Origin: a virus
Reading direction: 5' to 3' (one strand)
Virus record (IMG/VR): IMGVR_UViG_3300042691_027063
Span: 31,648 to 95,647 of that record
Length of the DNA stretch: 64,000 bases
Below, in pieces: positions 46,025 to 56,534 of the stretch (its first letter is position 1; each line of letters starts with the position of its first letter). The position numbers and the translations under genes were made by a program. The notes beneath the pieces are model-generated. The model was not told the DNA's origin. It searched no databases and worked only from the letters and a program-made list of their open reading frames with translations.

Positions 46025-46969
46025 ATGTTTACACGTGCTATGCTTCTTAATGAAGCCGGTGACGCATCATCTGGTGGTGGCGTATCCGAAGAATCTCAAG
46101 CTGACTCCATTGATGAATCTTCAGATGAAGGTTCTGAGATCGAAGCTCAACAAGCAGCCCAAGAAGCTGCTCAGCAACGCAAAATGCTTAAAAAACTTAA
46201 GCTAAAGTTTAATGGTCGCGAAATTGAAGAAGACCTTCCTTTCGAAGTTCCAGAAGAGCACGCAGAATGGCTAGTAAAACAGCGTCAAATGGCTATGCTT
46301 TCTCAGCATAAAGCACAGGAATTGAGCCAATTTGAACACCAAGTTGAGGCTTTTTTGCAAGATTTGAAGACAAATCCAAAGAAGGCTCTGCAAAATCCAG
46401 CAATTGGGATCGATGTTAAGCAACTTGCTGCTGAAATCCTACAAGAAGAGATCGAAAATGCTCAAAAAAGCCCAGAACAGATCGAAAAAGAGCGTTTGGA
46501 GATGCGTCTTAAGGAACTAGAAGAAGAAAGACAGCGAGAAAAAGAAGAAATGGCTCGCCAAGAGCTTGAAAGGCTTACAGAAAGAGAGTTTGAGCGTTAC
46601 GATAACCTAATGTCTAGTGCCCTAGAAGCCTCAGATTTGCCTAAATCTCCATATGTTGTCAAGAAAATGACTGAATATATGATCGAAGCTGTTGAAAATG
46701 GGTTGGATGTTGAACCAAAAGACGTAATTCCTCTAATTCGTGAGGAAATGATGTCTGATGTTCAAGAACTTCTTCGTCAACTCCCTCCAGAAATGATTGA
46801 AAAGCTTCTTGGAAATGACATTATTACAGCTCTTCGTAAGAATCGAGTGTCTGCAGCTAAAAAGCCACCAGTTCCAGTTAAGTCTGCGATTAAGGACGTT
46901 GGGCAGCGTTCTGAGAAGAAGCAAACTGAAGCCAAACCTAAGACAATGAAAGAGTTTTTTGGTTTCTAA
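46025..46969 (+). CDS. capsid scaffolding protein
   Basis: Acidic coiled coil directly upstream of the MCP; KLKFNGREIE motif. Confidence 0.75.
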   Translation: MFTRAMLLNEAGDASSGGGVSEESQADSIDESSDEGSEIEAQQAAQEAAQQRKMLKKLKLKFNGREIEEDLPFEVPEEHAEWLVKQRQMAMLSQHKAQELSQFEHQVEAFLQDLKTNPKKALQNPAIGIDVKQLAAEILQEEIENAQKSPEQIEKERLEMRLKELEEERQREKEEMARQELERLTEREFERYDNLMSSALEASDLPKSPYVVKKMTEYMIEAVENGLDVEPKDVIPLIREEMMSDVQELLRQLPPEMIEKLLGNDIITALRKNRVSAAKKPPVPVKSAIKDVGQRSEKKQTEAKPKTMKEFFGF

Positions 46970-46980
46970 CTTATTGAAAT

Positions 46981-47014
46981 TTGGGCGATCCTTGATTTTT
47001 TAAGGGTCGCTCAA
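46981..47014 (+). terminator. hairpin after the scaffold gene
   Basis: TTGGGCGATCCTTG / TAAGGGTCGCTCAA. Confidence 0.55.
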
Positions 47015-47020
47015 TAAATT

Positions 47021-47029
47021 TTAACAACT
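47021..47029 (+). promoter_or_regulatory. putative late promoter motif TTAACAACT (capsid)
   Basis: Directly after the hairpin, upstream of the MCP. Confidence 0.65.
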
Positions 47030-47173
47030 ACCATTGGATAACTCTGTAATATTATGTAGAATTCGGCGATTCTTGATATCCTTAACAGGACTCGATGATA
47101 CCAAGGGGTGGGAAGTAATATGAACGAGATGTCAAAAACAAAAAAAAACAACAAATTTTAAAGGAAATTATTT

Positions 47174-48421
47174 ATGTCAGCTAACAAGTTCTCAACCCCA
47201 GACAATACCGTTGGTAATCTAAACGGTTTTTTCAAAGAAACTTATGCAGATTCTCTACATGAGCTCATTCCTGAAGGTCTTAAACTCGTAAACCTCATCA
47301 AGTTCATCTCTAAAGACAAGCAGGGCGGTAACCTGTTCCACCAGCCAGTTATTCTTGGTATGGAGCACGGTGTAACTTTCGCTTCATCTGACGATGACGC
47401 TTTCAACCTTAACCCAGCTGTTGCCGGTGTTATTAAGGATGCTCAAGTTCGTGGTAACCCAATGGTTATGCGTTCACTCCTTGGTTACGTTGCTGCTTCT
47501 CGTGCTGCTGGTGGCAAGAATGCATTCATGGACGCTACTAAGTATCTCGTAGCTAACATGCTCCGTTCTATGTCTAAGAAGCTAGAAATCCACATGCTCT
47601 ATGGTCAAAAAGGCTATGGCGTTGTTGCTACTGGTGGTGTTTCTGGTTCTCAGATCACAATCGCAACTGCTGAATGGGCTCCTGGTATCTTCGCTGGTGC
47701 TGAAGGTATGCCAATCGAAATCGTTGACGCTGCTGGTACAACTTCTCGTGGTGAATTCACAATCGTTTCTGTAAACATGGAAACTCGAGTTCTTACTCTT
47801 AACTCTTCTGCTGCTACTGCCGGTGTTATCGACACTGACGTTATCTACCACAAGGGTGCTTTCGGTAATGAATTCGCTGGTATCCACAAGATTCTCGAGA
47901 ACACTGGAACACTTTTCAACATCAACGCTGGTACTTACAACCTCTGGAAAGGCAATAGCTATAACGTAGCTGGTGCTCTTAGCTTCCAGAAGCTTTCTAA
48001 GTCTATCACTCGCGCTGTTGAGAAGGGTCTTGACTCTAAAGTAACAGTTCTTGTTAACCCTCGTGGTTGGGCTGACCTCCTTCAAGACCTCGCTGCTCTT
48101 CGTCGTGTTGACAGCTCTTATAGCGCAGCTCAGCTTGAGCAAGGTTCTAAGTCTATCAAGTTCTACTCTCAGAACGGTGACCTCGAAATCGTTCCTTCTA
48201 TCTACGTGAAAGAAGGCTACGCTTACGCTCTCTGTATCGAAGATTGGATGCGTGTTGGTTCTTCTGACATCACATTCAAGCGTCCAGGTCAGGGCGAAGA
48301 GTTCTTCCGTGATCTTGAGAACTCTGCAGCTTACGAGCTCCGTCTTTACACAGACCAAGCTGTATTCTGTATGTCTCCAGGCAAGAACGTTCTTCTTACT
48401 GGAATCGTTAACGTCGCTTAA
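47174..48421 (+). CDS. major capsid protein
   Basis: 415 aa after the scaffold; strong high-expression codon bias (TTC, AAC, GCT, CGT); followed by a terminator. Confidence 0.85.
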   Translation: MSANKFSTPDNTVGNLNGFFKETYADSLHELIPEGLKLVNLIKFISKDKQGGNLFHQPVILGMEHGVTFASSDDDAFNLNPAVAGVIKDAQVRGNPMVMRSLLGYVAASRAAGGKNAFMDATKYLVANMLRSMSKKLEIHMLYGQKGYGVVATGGVSGSQITIATAEWAPGIFAGAEGMPIEIVDAAGTTSRGEFTIVSVNMETRVLTLNSSAATAGVIDTDVIYHKGAFGNEFAGIHKILENTGTLFNINAGTYNLWKGNSYNVAGALSFQKLSKSITRAVEKGLDSKVTVLVNPRGWADLLQDLAALRRVDSSYSAAQLEQGSKSIKFYSQNGDLEIVPSIYVKEGYAYALCIEDWMRVGSSDITFKRPGQGEEFFRDLENSAAYELRLYTDQAVFCMSPGKNVLLTGIVNVA

Positions 48422-48444
48422 TAAAAATAAGCATTTATCCTTCC

Positions 48445-48477
48445 AAGGGCATCCGTTCTGGATGCCCTTTTTATTTT
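48445..48477 (+). terminator. rho-independent terminator
   Basis: AAGGGCATCC-GTTCT-GGATGCCCTT then TTTATTTT. Confidence 0.85.
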
Positions 48478-48520
48478 CAATAAATCAATAACTTAGATAT
48501 ATTTTTCTTAAGACTCCTAA

Positions 48521-48529
48521 TTAACAACT
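48521..48529 (+). promoter_or_regulatory. putative late promoter motif TTAACAACT
   Basis: After the terminator; IHF-like AATCAATAACTTA at 48483-48495. Confidence 0.65.
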
Positions 48530-48560
48530 GTATGTGTAAACTCTTGTCTTTCGGAGCAAT

Positions 48561-49061
48561 ATGCCAAGAATTATCATTAAGGGAACAGAAATACAGTTTC
48601 CCAATAGCGCAGCTTCCCCGAACTGGGCTCCTTCAGTTATTGAAGCTGTCGAAGCTTTGGCGGATGCCGTTAACTCAGTTACAGCAACTTACGACGTTCC
48701 TCCTCAAGCTCAGAATATCGATGCCAATAACTCTTCAACAAATGTCGATCTAAATAATCTGTCTTTTCCAAGCTCAGATGTTAGAGCAGCAACCATTTAT
48801 TATACAGTTTATCGTAAAACTGACCCTTCTGGACCGCCAGATGCTCAGGAAGTTTCTGAAGCTGGAACCCTAGAAATTTGTTTCAATGCTTCCCGTCCAA
48901 TTACAGAGAAATGGGAGATGGTTAGAAGCTTTCAAGGTGATGCTAAGATTAGCTTTGACATTACAGACAACGGACAAATTAGATTTTCTACAACAGCTTT
49001 GAGCGGTATTAATCATATTGGAATTGTTTCGTACCGGGCTATAAGTATTTTAAATTCTTAA
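48561..49061 (+). CDS. virion protein (shared C-terminal domain)
   Basis: VRAATIYYTVYR...FDITDNGQIRFS. Confidence 0.65.
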   Translation: MPRIIIKGTEIQFPNSAASPNWAPSVIEAVEALADAVNSVTATYDVPPQAQNIDANNSSTNVDLNNLSFPSSDVRAATIYYTVYRKTDPSGPPDAQEVSEAGTLEICFNASRPITEKWEMVRSFQGDAKISFDITDNGQIRFSTTALSGINHIGIVSYRAISILNS

Positions 49062-49076
49062 AAATAGGAATATATA

Positions 49077-50513
49077 ATGGCATTTTCATTTAAAAAGTTT
49101 CTACAAGGTCTTAATATTGTTCCTAAGTCTACATCAACTGCGGACTCTAAAGGTGATCTTGAAGTAATCGACTCTAGTGGTAAGTTACAATACCACAATG
49201 GTTCCACTGCTTCTCCAGTTGTGACAGAAGACCACACAGCTACGATCATTAATAAAACGATCGATGCGGATGATAACACAATTACTGACTTAGTGGTAGA
49301 TAACCTTAAGTCTGGGGTTCTAAATACCTCAACGACTCTAGCTGGAGCAACTGATACTCAGCTTCCTTCGGCTCTTGCAATTAAAACGTATGTAGATGAT
49401 AAGATTGCTGGTCAAAACGATGCATCTGAAATTACTTTCACTCCTTCTGGAACAATTGTTGCTACAAATGTTCAAGATGCAATTGAAGAGCTAGATACCG
49501 ATCTTTCCAATTTAGGAGATGATTTCGGTATCCATGTTCTTGATACTTCAGCTCACGGAACAACCGGGGATGTTGTTGGTACTACAGACACACAAACTCT
49601 AACAAATAAGACAATTCAGGGTGCTGATATTCAAGACCCGGTTCGTTCTGATGTTAAGAAAGGAACTCGTTCTGCTCTCGAGACATATGCTCTTACCGCA
49701 ACGAACGGACAAATTGTATTCGCCACAGATGAAAAACAAATGTATCAAGTGGTCGATGCCGAGCTTGTCCCAATCGGTGGTGCTGGTATTGTCAAAATCA
49801 CAGCCGGGGAAAATCTCGCTGTAAATGATCTAGTTTATATCTCTTCTGGAACTGGAAATGATTCTGGTCGTACAGCTGGAAGAGTTTATAAAGCAGATGC
49901 TTCTAACGATGATCGAATCGATGTTATCGGATTTGTTACGAAAGTAGTTACAGCTGGTAGCATTGCTGAAATCCAAGTCTCTGGTATTATGAAGGGCTTC
50001 TCTGGGTTGACCTCTGGAAAGCTTTATTATGCTTCTACAACGCCAGGAGCAATTTCTTTAACTCCTCCTAGCTTAAACGGACAATGGATTGTTTCAATCG
50101 GTATTGCTTCCTCTGCATCCGAAATCGTAATTAATCCAGCAGCTTCTGCCGGTGCTATCTATATTACAGATACTGAAACTATTTTTACTATTGCAAATAA
50201 CCAGTCAAGTGCAGCTAATATCACTGGACTTTTGATTGATCCAATTGCTACGAGATCGTTTGTAATTGATTACGCGATTTATCGACAAACAGACACGGGT
50301 GGATCAGCAGTTGCACAAGCCGGACAACTCCGTGGAGTATATAATACACAAGCAACAACGTGGTTTATGTCTGATGATTATTCAGGACAAAATTCTGGAG
50401 TTGTTTTCAGCATTCAGCCTTCTGGACAAATTCGCTATACGTCCAGTAACATTGCTGGTGCTAATTACACTGGCTCACTTAAATACAATATTCGCAAAAC
50501 ATTTGGAGTATAA
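49077..50513 (+). CDS. fibre-like virion protein
   Basis: TNVQDAIEEL, TQTLTNKT, AGENLA, shared C-terminal domain. Confidence 0.7.
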   Translation: MAFSFKKFLQGLNIVPKSTSTADSKGDLEVIDSSGKLQYHNGSTASPVVTEDHTATIINKTIDADDNTITDLVVDNLKSGVLNTSTTLAGATDTQLPSALAIKTYVDDKIAGQNDASEITFTPSGTIVATNVQDAIEELDTDLSNLGDDFGIHVLDTSAHGTTGDVVGTTDTQTLTNKTIQGADIQDPVRSDVKKGTRSALETYALTATNGQIVFATDEKQMYQVVDAELVPIGGAGIVKITAGENLAVNDLVYISSGTGNDSGRTAGRVYKADASNDDRIDVIGFVTKVVTAGSIAEIQVSGIMKGFSGLTSGKLYYASTTPGAISLTPPSLNGQWIVSIGIASSASEIVINPAASAGAIYITDTETIFTIANNQSSAANITGLLIDPIATRSFVIDYAIYRQTDTGGSAVAQAGQLRGVYNTQATTWFMSDDYSGQNSGVVFSIQPSGQIRYTSSNIAGANYTGSLKYNIRKTFGV

Positions 50514-50516
50514 CAT

Positions 50517-51095
50517 ATGCCTTTAAAGAATGGTAGAACTACTGCAGCATTGCAAACAATCCTTGTTGGGTCTGTAATCCCGGCTGGCACTATCGCTCCA
50601 TTTGGTGGAGGAACTGTTCCAGATGGATGGCTACTTTGCGATGGAGCTACAGTTAGTCGCTCTACATATGCAAATCTTTTTGCAGCCATTGGCACTCTGC
50701 ATGGTCAAGGAGATGGCTCGACAACTTTCCACCTTCCAGATTATAGAGGTCGATTCCTTCGTGGCGCAGATAATATGGGTACAGGGGCTGCTGGTCGTGA
50801 TCCAGATGCCGGTACTCGCACAGCTCCAAACACAGGAGGGGCTACAGGGTCTGGAGTTGGGTCTGTACAAGGTGGGGCAAATGCTTCACATACTCACCCA
50901 CAAAACACAGGATTCAACTCCAGTCAAGTTAGACCCCAAGTTGGTGTTAGCGGTCAAGGACCGTCAACCAGTGGTTTCTGGATAGCTTCGGGAGCACAAG
51001 CTACTACATCGAATCGAGTATTGACAGATGCAACAGGAGACTCAACAGAATCTCGTCCACAAAACGCTAACGTAGAATACATCATTAAGGTATAA
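50517..51095 (+). CDS. tail collar domain protein
   Basis: PAGTIAPF...PDGWLLCDG...YANLFAAIG...TTFHLPDYRGRFLRG. Confidence 0.88.
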   Translation: MPLKNGRTTAALQTILVGSVIPAGTIAPFGGGTVPDGWLLCDGATVSRSTYANLFAAIGTLHGQGDGSTTFHLPDYRGRFLRGADNMGTGAAGRDPDAGTRTAPNTGGATGSGVGSVQGGANASHTHPQNTGFNSSQVRPQVGVSGQGPSTSGFWIASGAQATTSNRVLTDATGDSTESRPQNANVEYIIKV

Positions 51096-51097
51096 CA

Positions 51098-51310
51098 ATG
51101 AAAATTATTGAAGTATCGACCCAATCTGAGATTTCGTCTAAACAAGAAGAACTTTCTACTAAAGTTGCAGCATACCAAGCCGCACAAGCTCACCAGCTGG
51201 AGAATGGCGGTCCCGGTCCTGTAGCTGATTACGACATCATGGAAATTGTAAATGAACATAATGGAGAATTTCAAGTTGTAGCAAAACAACAAGAAGAACC
51301 AGTAGAATAA
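51098..51310 (+). CDS. hypothetical protein
   Basis: 70 aa ORF. Confidence 0.6.
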   Translation: MKIIEVSTQSEISSKQEELSTKVAAYQAAQAHQLENGGPGPVADYDIMEIVNEHNGEFQVVAKQQEEPVE

Positions 51311-51315
51311 CAACT
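51308..51315 (+). promoter_or_regulatory. putative late promoter motif TAACAACT
   Basis: Upstream of the 1357 aa fibre gene. Confidence 0.5.
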
Positions 51316-51350
51316 TAATATATAATACATAAAATGGAGAATGAAATTTT

Positions 51351-54300
51351 ATGAGTAATTTTTTTCGTGTACGTAACGGATTAAATCTATCCCCGGTCGA
51401 TCTAACAACTCTCACAAGTCCTCAAGCTGGCGATCTTGCTTGCGACATCAACGACAGCAATAAGATTAAGCGATATGACGCTAACCTTTTAAGCTGGACA
51501 GAAGTTGGCTCTGGAGGCGTTGGCAACATAGATGCACTGCTTACTCAAAACTTTGACAGCGCAGCACTTTCTCAATTCACTCAAACAGGACTTGCTCTTG
51601 TTACAAGCAATACCCTTAATGGCTCTCAAACTGCTCGCTTAATTCATCAATCTGGCTCTCCCCAGTCTTTCAAGCAAGTAATTTCTGTTGACCGCAAATA
51701 TCGCTCACAGCTTATGCAGCTTAGCTTATTGCTGCAATCTTCTGCTCCACAGGGCGATGTCACACTTAATATTTTCGATGAAACTAATGCTGTTAACATT
51801 GTAGCCTCTGAGCAGCTCACAACGGGCTCACAAGCTATTTCTGGACTTGCGACTACCAATCTATCACCTACCATTTCAGGCTTCACTAACGCTGTTATAA
51901 ACACGCTGAAAGTAGGCGAGCGAGTTACTGGCTCTGGCATTCCAACTGGCTCAATCATTAATTCTATCAATGCTACAGCTCTAACTGTAACCATTTCACA
52001 AAATGCTACAGCCACAGCTTCTGGATTAACGTTAAACTTCTCTGAGCTTCCAGCTCGTCAAGTAGTTAGCTTTGTAATTCCTGCGTCTTGCGCAAGCCTT
52101 TCATACACAATAACGGCATTGGCTGAAGCTGGACTTCCTGAAACTTACGTAGATGATGTTGTAATTGAGCTTGCTGAGACAGCTCTTCTTGAAACCTCTG
52201 TTGAGGTTCCAGTAGTTACTGCTTGGCAGGGTTATACTCCGACATTCCAAGGCTTCGGTACTCCGACGAACGTAGAGTTTGAGTGGAGACAAGTTGGGGA
52301 GAATGTTGAGATTAGGGGTAAGTTTACTTCTGGCACACCTACAGCAGTTGAAGCTCGTGTAGGACTTCCGGCAGGATTAACTTCAGCAGGAACTTCGTTA
52401 ATTCCAAGTATTCAAGTTATCGGAGGTTCGTCTACTACATACTCTTCTACTCTGTATTTTTCTAATACTACATTAATAGAACCTTCGGTCACATATTTAA
52501 CGTTTGGAGTTCAAACTAGTACTACAGGAAGTTTGAGTAAGGCAACAGGTACGGCGGTAGCTGTAACGTCTACTCAAGTTTCACTCTTCGCATCAGTCCC
52601 ATGCGCGGGACTTTCCGCAACGCAAGTTAAGGAAATCCCGCTTACTCAGAGTGGGCTTGTGCAGGAAGCTGATAGTTATTTATATATAACAGGAAACGCT
52701 GGACAAGCAATTACAGCGAATGTAACAAATATTCCTTTTAGTACAGTGCAACAATCTGTTGGTGATGCTTTTTCTTGGAATGGGTCACAACTGACTGTAT
52801 TTAAAACAGGAGTCTATAGCATTCTTGGTGTTGTAGTTGCTACGGGAAACCTCTCTAACAGAATTCAGTTATTTAAAAATGGCGTAGCAAATATTTTAAT
52901 ATCACCATATACAACAACATCCATTCACTATGGGGAATGTTCAATCTACTTATCTGCTGGTGATGTTGTATCTCTTAGATTTCCTGACTCTAATACAACT
53001 TTAGTGAATAGTGTTGCGCATAACTTTAGTGCGACTTATCAAGGCTCCCTCAAGCAAGTCAACGTCATCGCCAATCAAAAAGCGACGATTCCAACTTCCG
53101 AGCTGAGATTTGAAGGTGCTTCTAACAGGGGTACAGGTTCTGAATCTACAATCGTACAGTTCACTACTCAAACTCGTTTGCGTGGAGACGCTTTTAGCAT
53201 CCTAAGCACCACTACCGAAGGCACTGCGATTACTATGCTTAAGGCTGGTAGATTGAACATTTCTAGTAACTTGGTACTTCCTAGTGCTCAGACAATTGCT
53301 ATTAGCCGAAATCAACAAAATAGAACAGCCTTCCCTTCTGGTTCGGAAGTTTTAAGTGCTACAGATGTTACAGCGGCTGGTATTAGAGGTCAAGTTTCTT
53401 GGTCTGGTGATGTCAATGTTGGTGATGTAATTCGTATTTACGCAGGAACTACCCCAACTGCAAACGGATCAAACCAGCTCAACCTCAGCTTCCAAGAGCA
53501 ATCAGTACAAGTGTCAGTATCCAACGTATTGCCGCAGTTTAGCGAAAGCGACTCAAGTGTTCGCGTAGATACTGCAAATGGATACGGCTCAACTGGTACA
53601 CGCATTCGTAGGTTCAGCAATGTGCGCGACAATATAGGCGCGGATATTGTATATGCGGATAGTGCTACTGCCGGATCAAGCTTTACTATTGTAACAAGTG
53701 GAATATACTCTGTAAGCTACAGTGATATTTTTACAGCATCTATACTATTTGGTATATCTAAAAACGCATCATCTTTAACAGCTGACGTACAGTCTTTATC
53801 TGCTACAGAAAGATTGGCAAATAACACTTCAGTAGCTAATTCGGTCGCTAACGTGGCATGGGAAGGGTACTTAGTTGCTGGGGATGTAATTCGTGCTCAC
53901 TCTAATGTAGGCACTCAAGTAAATCCAGAGCTAGCATCTTTCACAATCTCGAAAGTAGGAAAGCCTAACGTAACTGGGGTGAATGTCACTCCTTTTGTGA
54001 ATGTGCCACAGCCGGAGAGTCAAGTAGCTTATATGCTTAATACTTCAGGGTTTACAAATGCTGACATAACAGGAACATTAACGTCCTTATATGGTAACGG
54101 TATATTCTCATACGACAGCACTACTGGCGTTTACACAATACTTAAAGCATGTACGGTGTTTGCAACATACGGGTCTAGGTCTAACGGAGCAAGTTACACA
54201 GCGCCAGCAATAATCATAAATGGATCAGTTGTTGCAATAGCAGATTCTGTAGCAGCTTCATCGTATACAATATCAGTATCTCATAACTTTAGAGCATTAC

Positions 54301-55424
54301 CCGGAGATCAGTTAAAATTTAAGAACAGTTCAATTGTTTCTTCTATTAACCACAGAATAAGCGTTACAGCAACGGCACTCTCCGATCAAATCCTAACAGC
54401 ACCTGAAACCTTCAGTACAGACACAGCAGCTTTGCAATACGCGCCGTCAAGTCTATATAACTTGACAACGCTTAGCAATGCTCCTGTAGGCACTTACATC
54501 ACATTCACTTACGCAGCGAATACGAATACGAGAACGCAGACAACGACAAGACCTACGCAAACTGATGCGGATATGAATGCTAATGGTATGTTGATTTATA
54601 CCAGAGTGTACGCTTCTCCTAGTACGGCTGCTCAACCATCAACAATTGCAATTCAGATTGGTAAAGGTTTAAAGGGTAAAACTATAGACTTATACAAAAA
54701 TTCAGGAAAAGCAATAGCCGGAAACCCTGATCTTTTTGCATCAGGTGGAAATAACGACCAGTATGGATTATATTTTAAAGACTACAATGAAGTAACTGGA
54801 GTGCTTTTATTAGACGCAGGATTTCTCAGATATGCTACAGCGACAACAAACCAATTTTGGTTTTCAGACACTACCGTACAAGCTTCAGGCTACCTCGTAA
54901 TTAATGCGAGCAAATCGCCCGCATTGACAGGCGTTCCTTTGCTTCAGCCTAGAATTGCAACGCTAAGCGATGTTAAAGCTAATGGTACTGCTGGTGGAAC
55001 TGCAACGGCTGGTTCTTATCAAACAAGAACTTTGAATACACTTTCAGATCCAAGTGGTATTGTTACAAGCTTAGCTAGTAACCAGTTCGTGTTACCTGCT
55101 GGAGAATACTATATTGAAGCAAATGCCCCGGCGGTGAGTGCAAACTCAGTTGATGTAAACCTACACAAAGCAAAATTGCGAAATATTACAGACAGTGTAG
55201 ACTCAATAATGGGAACCTCTTCACTTTCTGACTCATCATCAGCTCCATCTAATGGTTCTTCAACTTGTTCTTATATTGCTGGTGTAATAAGTATTAGTTC
55301 TGCTAAAACATTTGAAATACAACATAGAACATCAACTACAGCCGCAACAACTGGATTTGGAATACCCGCTGCTTTTGGGGATAACGAAGTTTATACTGTT
55401 GTTAAAATTCAAAAAATTAAATAA
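51351..55424 (+). CDS. large multi-domain tail fibre/receptor-binding protein
   Basis: 1357 aa, T/S-rich; repeated C1q-like modules (G.Y...L.AGDV). Confidence 0.7.
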   Translation: MSNFFRVRNGLNLSPVDLTTLTSPQAGDLACDINDSNKIKRYDANLLSWTEVGSGGVGNIDALLTQNFDSAALSQFTQTGLALVTSNTLNGSQTARLIHQSGSPQSFKQVISVDRKYRSQLMQLSLLLQSSAPQGDVTLNIFDETNAVNIVASEQLTTGSQAISGLATTNLSPTISGFTNAVINTLKVGERVTGSGIPTGSIINSINATALTVTISQNATATASGLTLNFSELPARQVVSFVIPASCASLSYTITALAEAGLPETYVDDVVIELAETALLETSVEVPVVTAWQGYTPTFQGFGTPTNVEFEWRQVGENVEIRGKFTSGTPTAVEARVGLPAGLTSAGTSLIPSIQVIGGSSTTYSSTLYFSNTTLIEPSVTYLTFGVQTSTTGSLSKATGTAVAVTSTQVSLFASVPCAGLSATQVKEIPLTQSGLVQEADSYLYITGNAGQAITANVTNIPFSTVQQSVGDAFSWNGSQLTVFKTGVYSILGVVVATGNLSNRIQLFKNGVANILISPYTTTSIHYGECSIYLSAGDVVSLRFPDSNTTLVNSVAHNFSATYQGSLKQVNVIANQKATIPTSELRFEGASNRGTGSESTIVQFTTQTRLRGDAFSILSTTTEGTAITMLKAGRLNISSNLVLPSAQTIAISRNQQNRTAFPSGSEVLSATDVTAAGIRGQVSWSGDVNVGDVIRIYAGTTPTANGSNQLNLSFQEQSVQVSVSNVLPQFSESDSSVRVDTANGYGSTGTRIRRFSNVRDNIGADIVYADSATAGSSFTIVTSGIYSVSYSDIFTASILFGISKNASSLTADVQSLSATERLANNTSVANSVANVAWEGYLVAGDVIRAHSNVGTQVNPELASFTISKVGKPNVTGVNVTPFVNVPQPESQVAYMLNTSGFTNADITGTLTSLYGNGIFSYDSTTGVYTILKACTVFATYGSRSNGASYTAPAIIINGSVVAIADSVAASSYTISVSHNFRALPGDQLKFKNSSIVSSINHRISVTATALSDQILTAPETFSTDTAALQYAPSSLYNLTTLSNAPVGTYITFTYAANTNTRTQTTTRPTQTDADMNANGMLIYTRVYASPSTAAQPSTIAIQIGKGLKGKTIDLYKNSGKAIAGNPDLFASGGNNDQYGLYFKDYNEVTGVLLLDAGFLRYATATTNQFWFSDTTVQASGYLVINASKSPALTGVPLLQPRIATLSDVKANGTAGGTATAGSYQTRTLNTLSDPSGIVTSLASNQFVLPAGEYYIEANAPAVSANSVDVNLHKAKLRNITDSVDSIMGTSSLSDSSSAPSNGSSTCSYIAGVISISSAKTFEIQHRTSTTAATTGFGIPAAFGDNEVYTVVKIQKIK

Positions 55425-55433
55425 GGAATTAGT

Positions 55434-55760
55434 ATGAGCGAAGAAATTAAACAAGATATTGAAGCAGAATTTGTGGTTGTGTCGGAGGAAACTCCGGCAC
55501 TAGCCGAAGAGATTGTTATAGAACCAGTGCCAGAGCCTGTTTTAGAGTCTGTGCCAGAGCTTCCAAAGCTTTCGGACATCGCTCTTGCTGTAGGCTTGTT
55601 TTTGCAAGACAAGCAAGAACTTTTAGAGGCTGGAGATAACTGGAATCCGGCTTTGTTGGAAGCTGGAGATCAGTCGGGTTGGAGATTTAAGAATATTCCA
55701 TGCCCAAGTTTAGAAGAGTTACAAGCTTTATTACAAGCTCAGGAACCTTCTCAGGAATAA
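55434..55760 (+). CDS. hypothetical protein (XkdW-like chaperone candidate)
   Basis: W..KNIPCPSLEEL. Confidence 0.45.
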   Translation: MSEEIKQDIEAEFVVVSEETPALAEEIVIEPVPEPVLESVPELPKLSDIALAVGLFLQDKQELLEAGDNWNPALLEAGDQSGWRFKNIPCPSLEELQALLQAQEPSQE

Positions 55761-55770
55761 GGATTAATTC

Positions 55771-56256
55771 ATGCACAAGCTAACTGTTCGTCAAGGAGAA
55801 ATTGAGCAAGTATATGAGTTTGAAACTTCAGAACTTGCCCAGCTTTACCGAGATTACCACTTAGCTTTTGGACATTGGAATGGCGTTTCCAAGTGGGTTG
55901 AAGAAAAAGATATTACGCCAGAGAATAGACGCTTTGTTATTGATGAAAGAAGCGAGCTTGTTGAAGGAAACATTATTCGCTTTTTTAAACTAACAGAAGG
56001 CGTTGAGCTTAGAATTGAAGAAGTTACTTCTGACTCCGTAGAAGATGTTTGGAAGATTTTAAGAAGAAAAAGAACACAGCTTTTAGCAATGACTGACTGG
56101 ACGCAACTTGCTGATTGTGCGCTTACTACAGAAGAAAAGAAAGATTATAGAGCTTACCGAGGCTATTTAAGAGTTATTCCAAAGCTTTATGATAATTCCA
56201 CAGTTCTTTACGCAAAAGTTTATTCTTTTGAAGAGTGGAAGAAAGGTAAGAGATAG
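55771..56256 (+). CDS. tail fibre assembly chaperone
   Basis: LRRKRTQLLAMTDWTQLAD...YRAYRGYLRVIP. Confidence 0.75.
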   Translation: MHKLTVRQGEIEQVYEFETSELAQLYRDYHLAFGHWNGVSKWVEEKDITPENRRFVIDERSELVEGNIIRFFKLTEGVELRIEEVTSDSVEDVWKILRRKRTQLLAMTDWTQLADCALTTEEKKDYRAYRGYLRVIPKLYDNSTVLYAKVYSFEEWKKGKR

Positions 56257-56534
56257 TGGATAAGATAAAGGAATTGCAAAAAAGATTTGTTGATTGGTGT
56301 ACGAAACAAGGCATTCCTGTGCCGATATTACGTGACCCAATCTCTCAAAAGCCTTCTGCGTCATTCACTCTTCTTGTTGTTTCTTCTGGACTGGTAATTT
56401 TTGGGCTATTAAACAAAGTAGCCAAGCTTGTTGATGGCGTTGACATTGAAAATGCTTTGCAGTTTTTCGGTATATGTGCCGGACTTTATTTTGGAAGAAA
56501 ACTTACAAGTGATAAAAAAGAGGAAGAAAAATGA
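56256..56534 (+). CDS. holin-like two-TM protein
   Basis: Two TM segments and a charged tail (YFGRK...KKEEEK). Confidence 0.6.
   Translation: MDKIKELQKRFVDWCTKQGIPVPILRDPISQKPSASFTLLVVSSGLVIFGLLNKVAKLVDGVDIENALQFFGICAGLYFGRKLTSDKKEEEK

Noticed and set aside
47582-48358. 258-aa antisense ORF
   Set aside because: Shadow of the strongly codon-biased capsid gene; no SD or recognisable motifs
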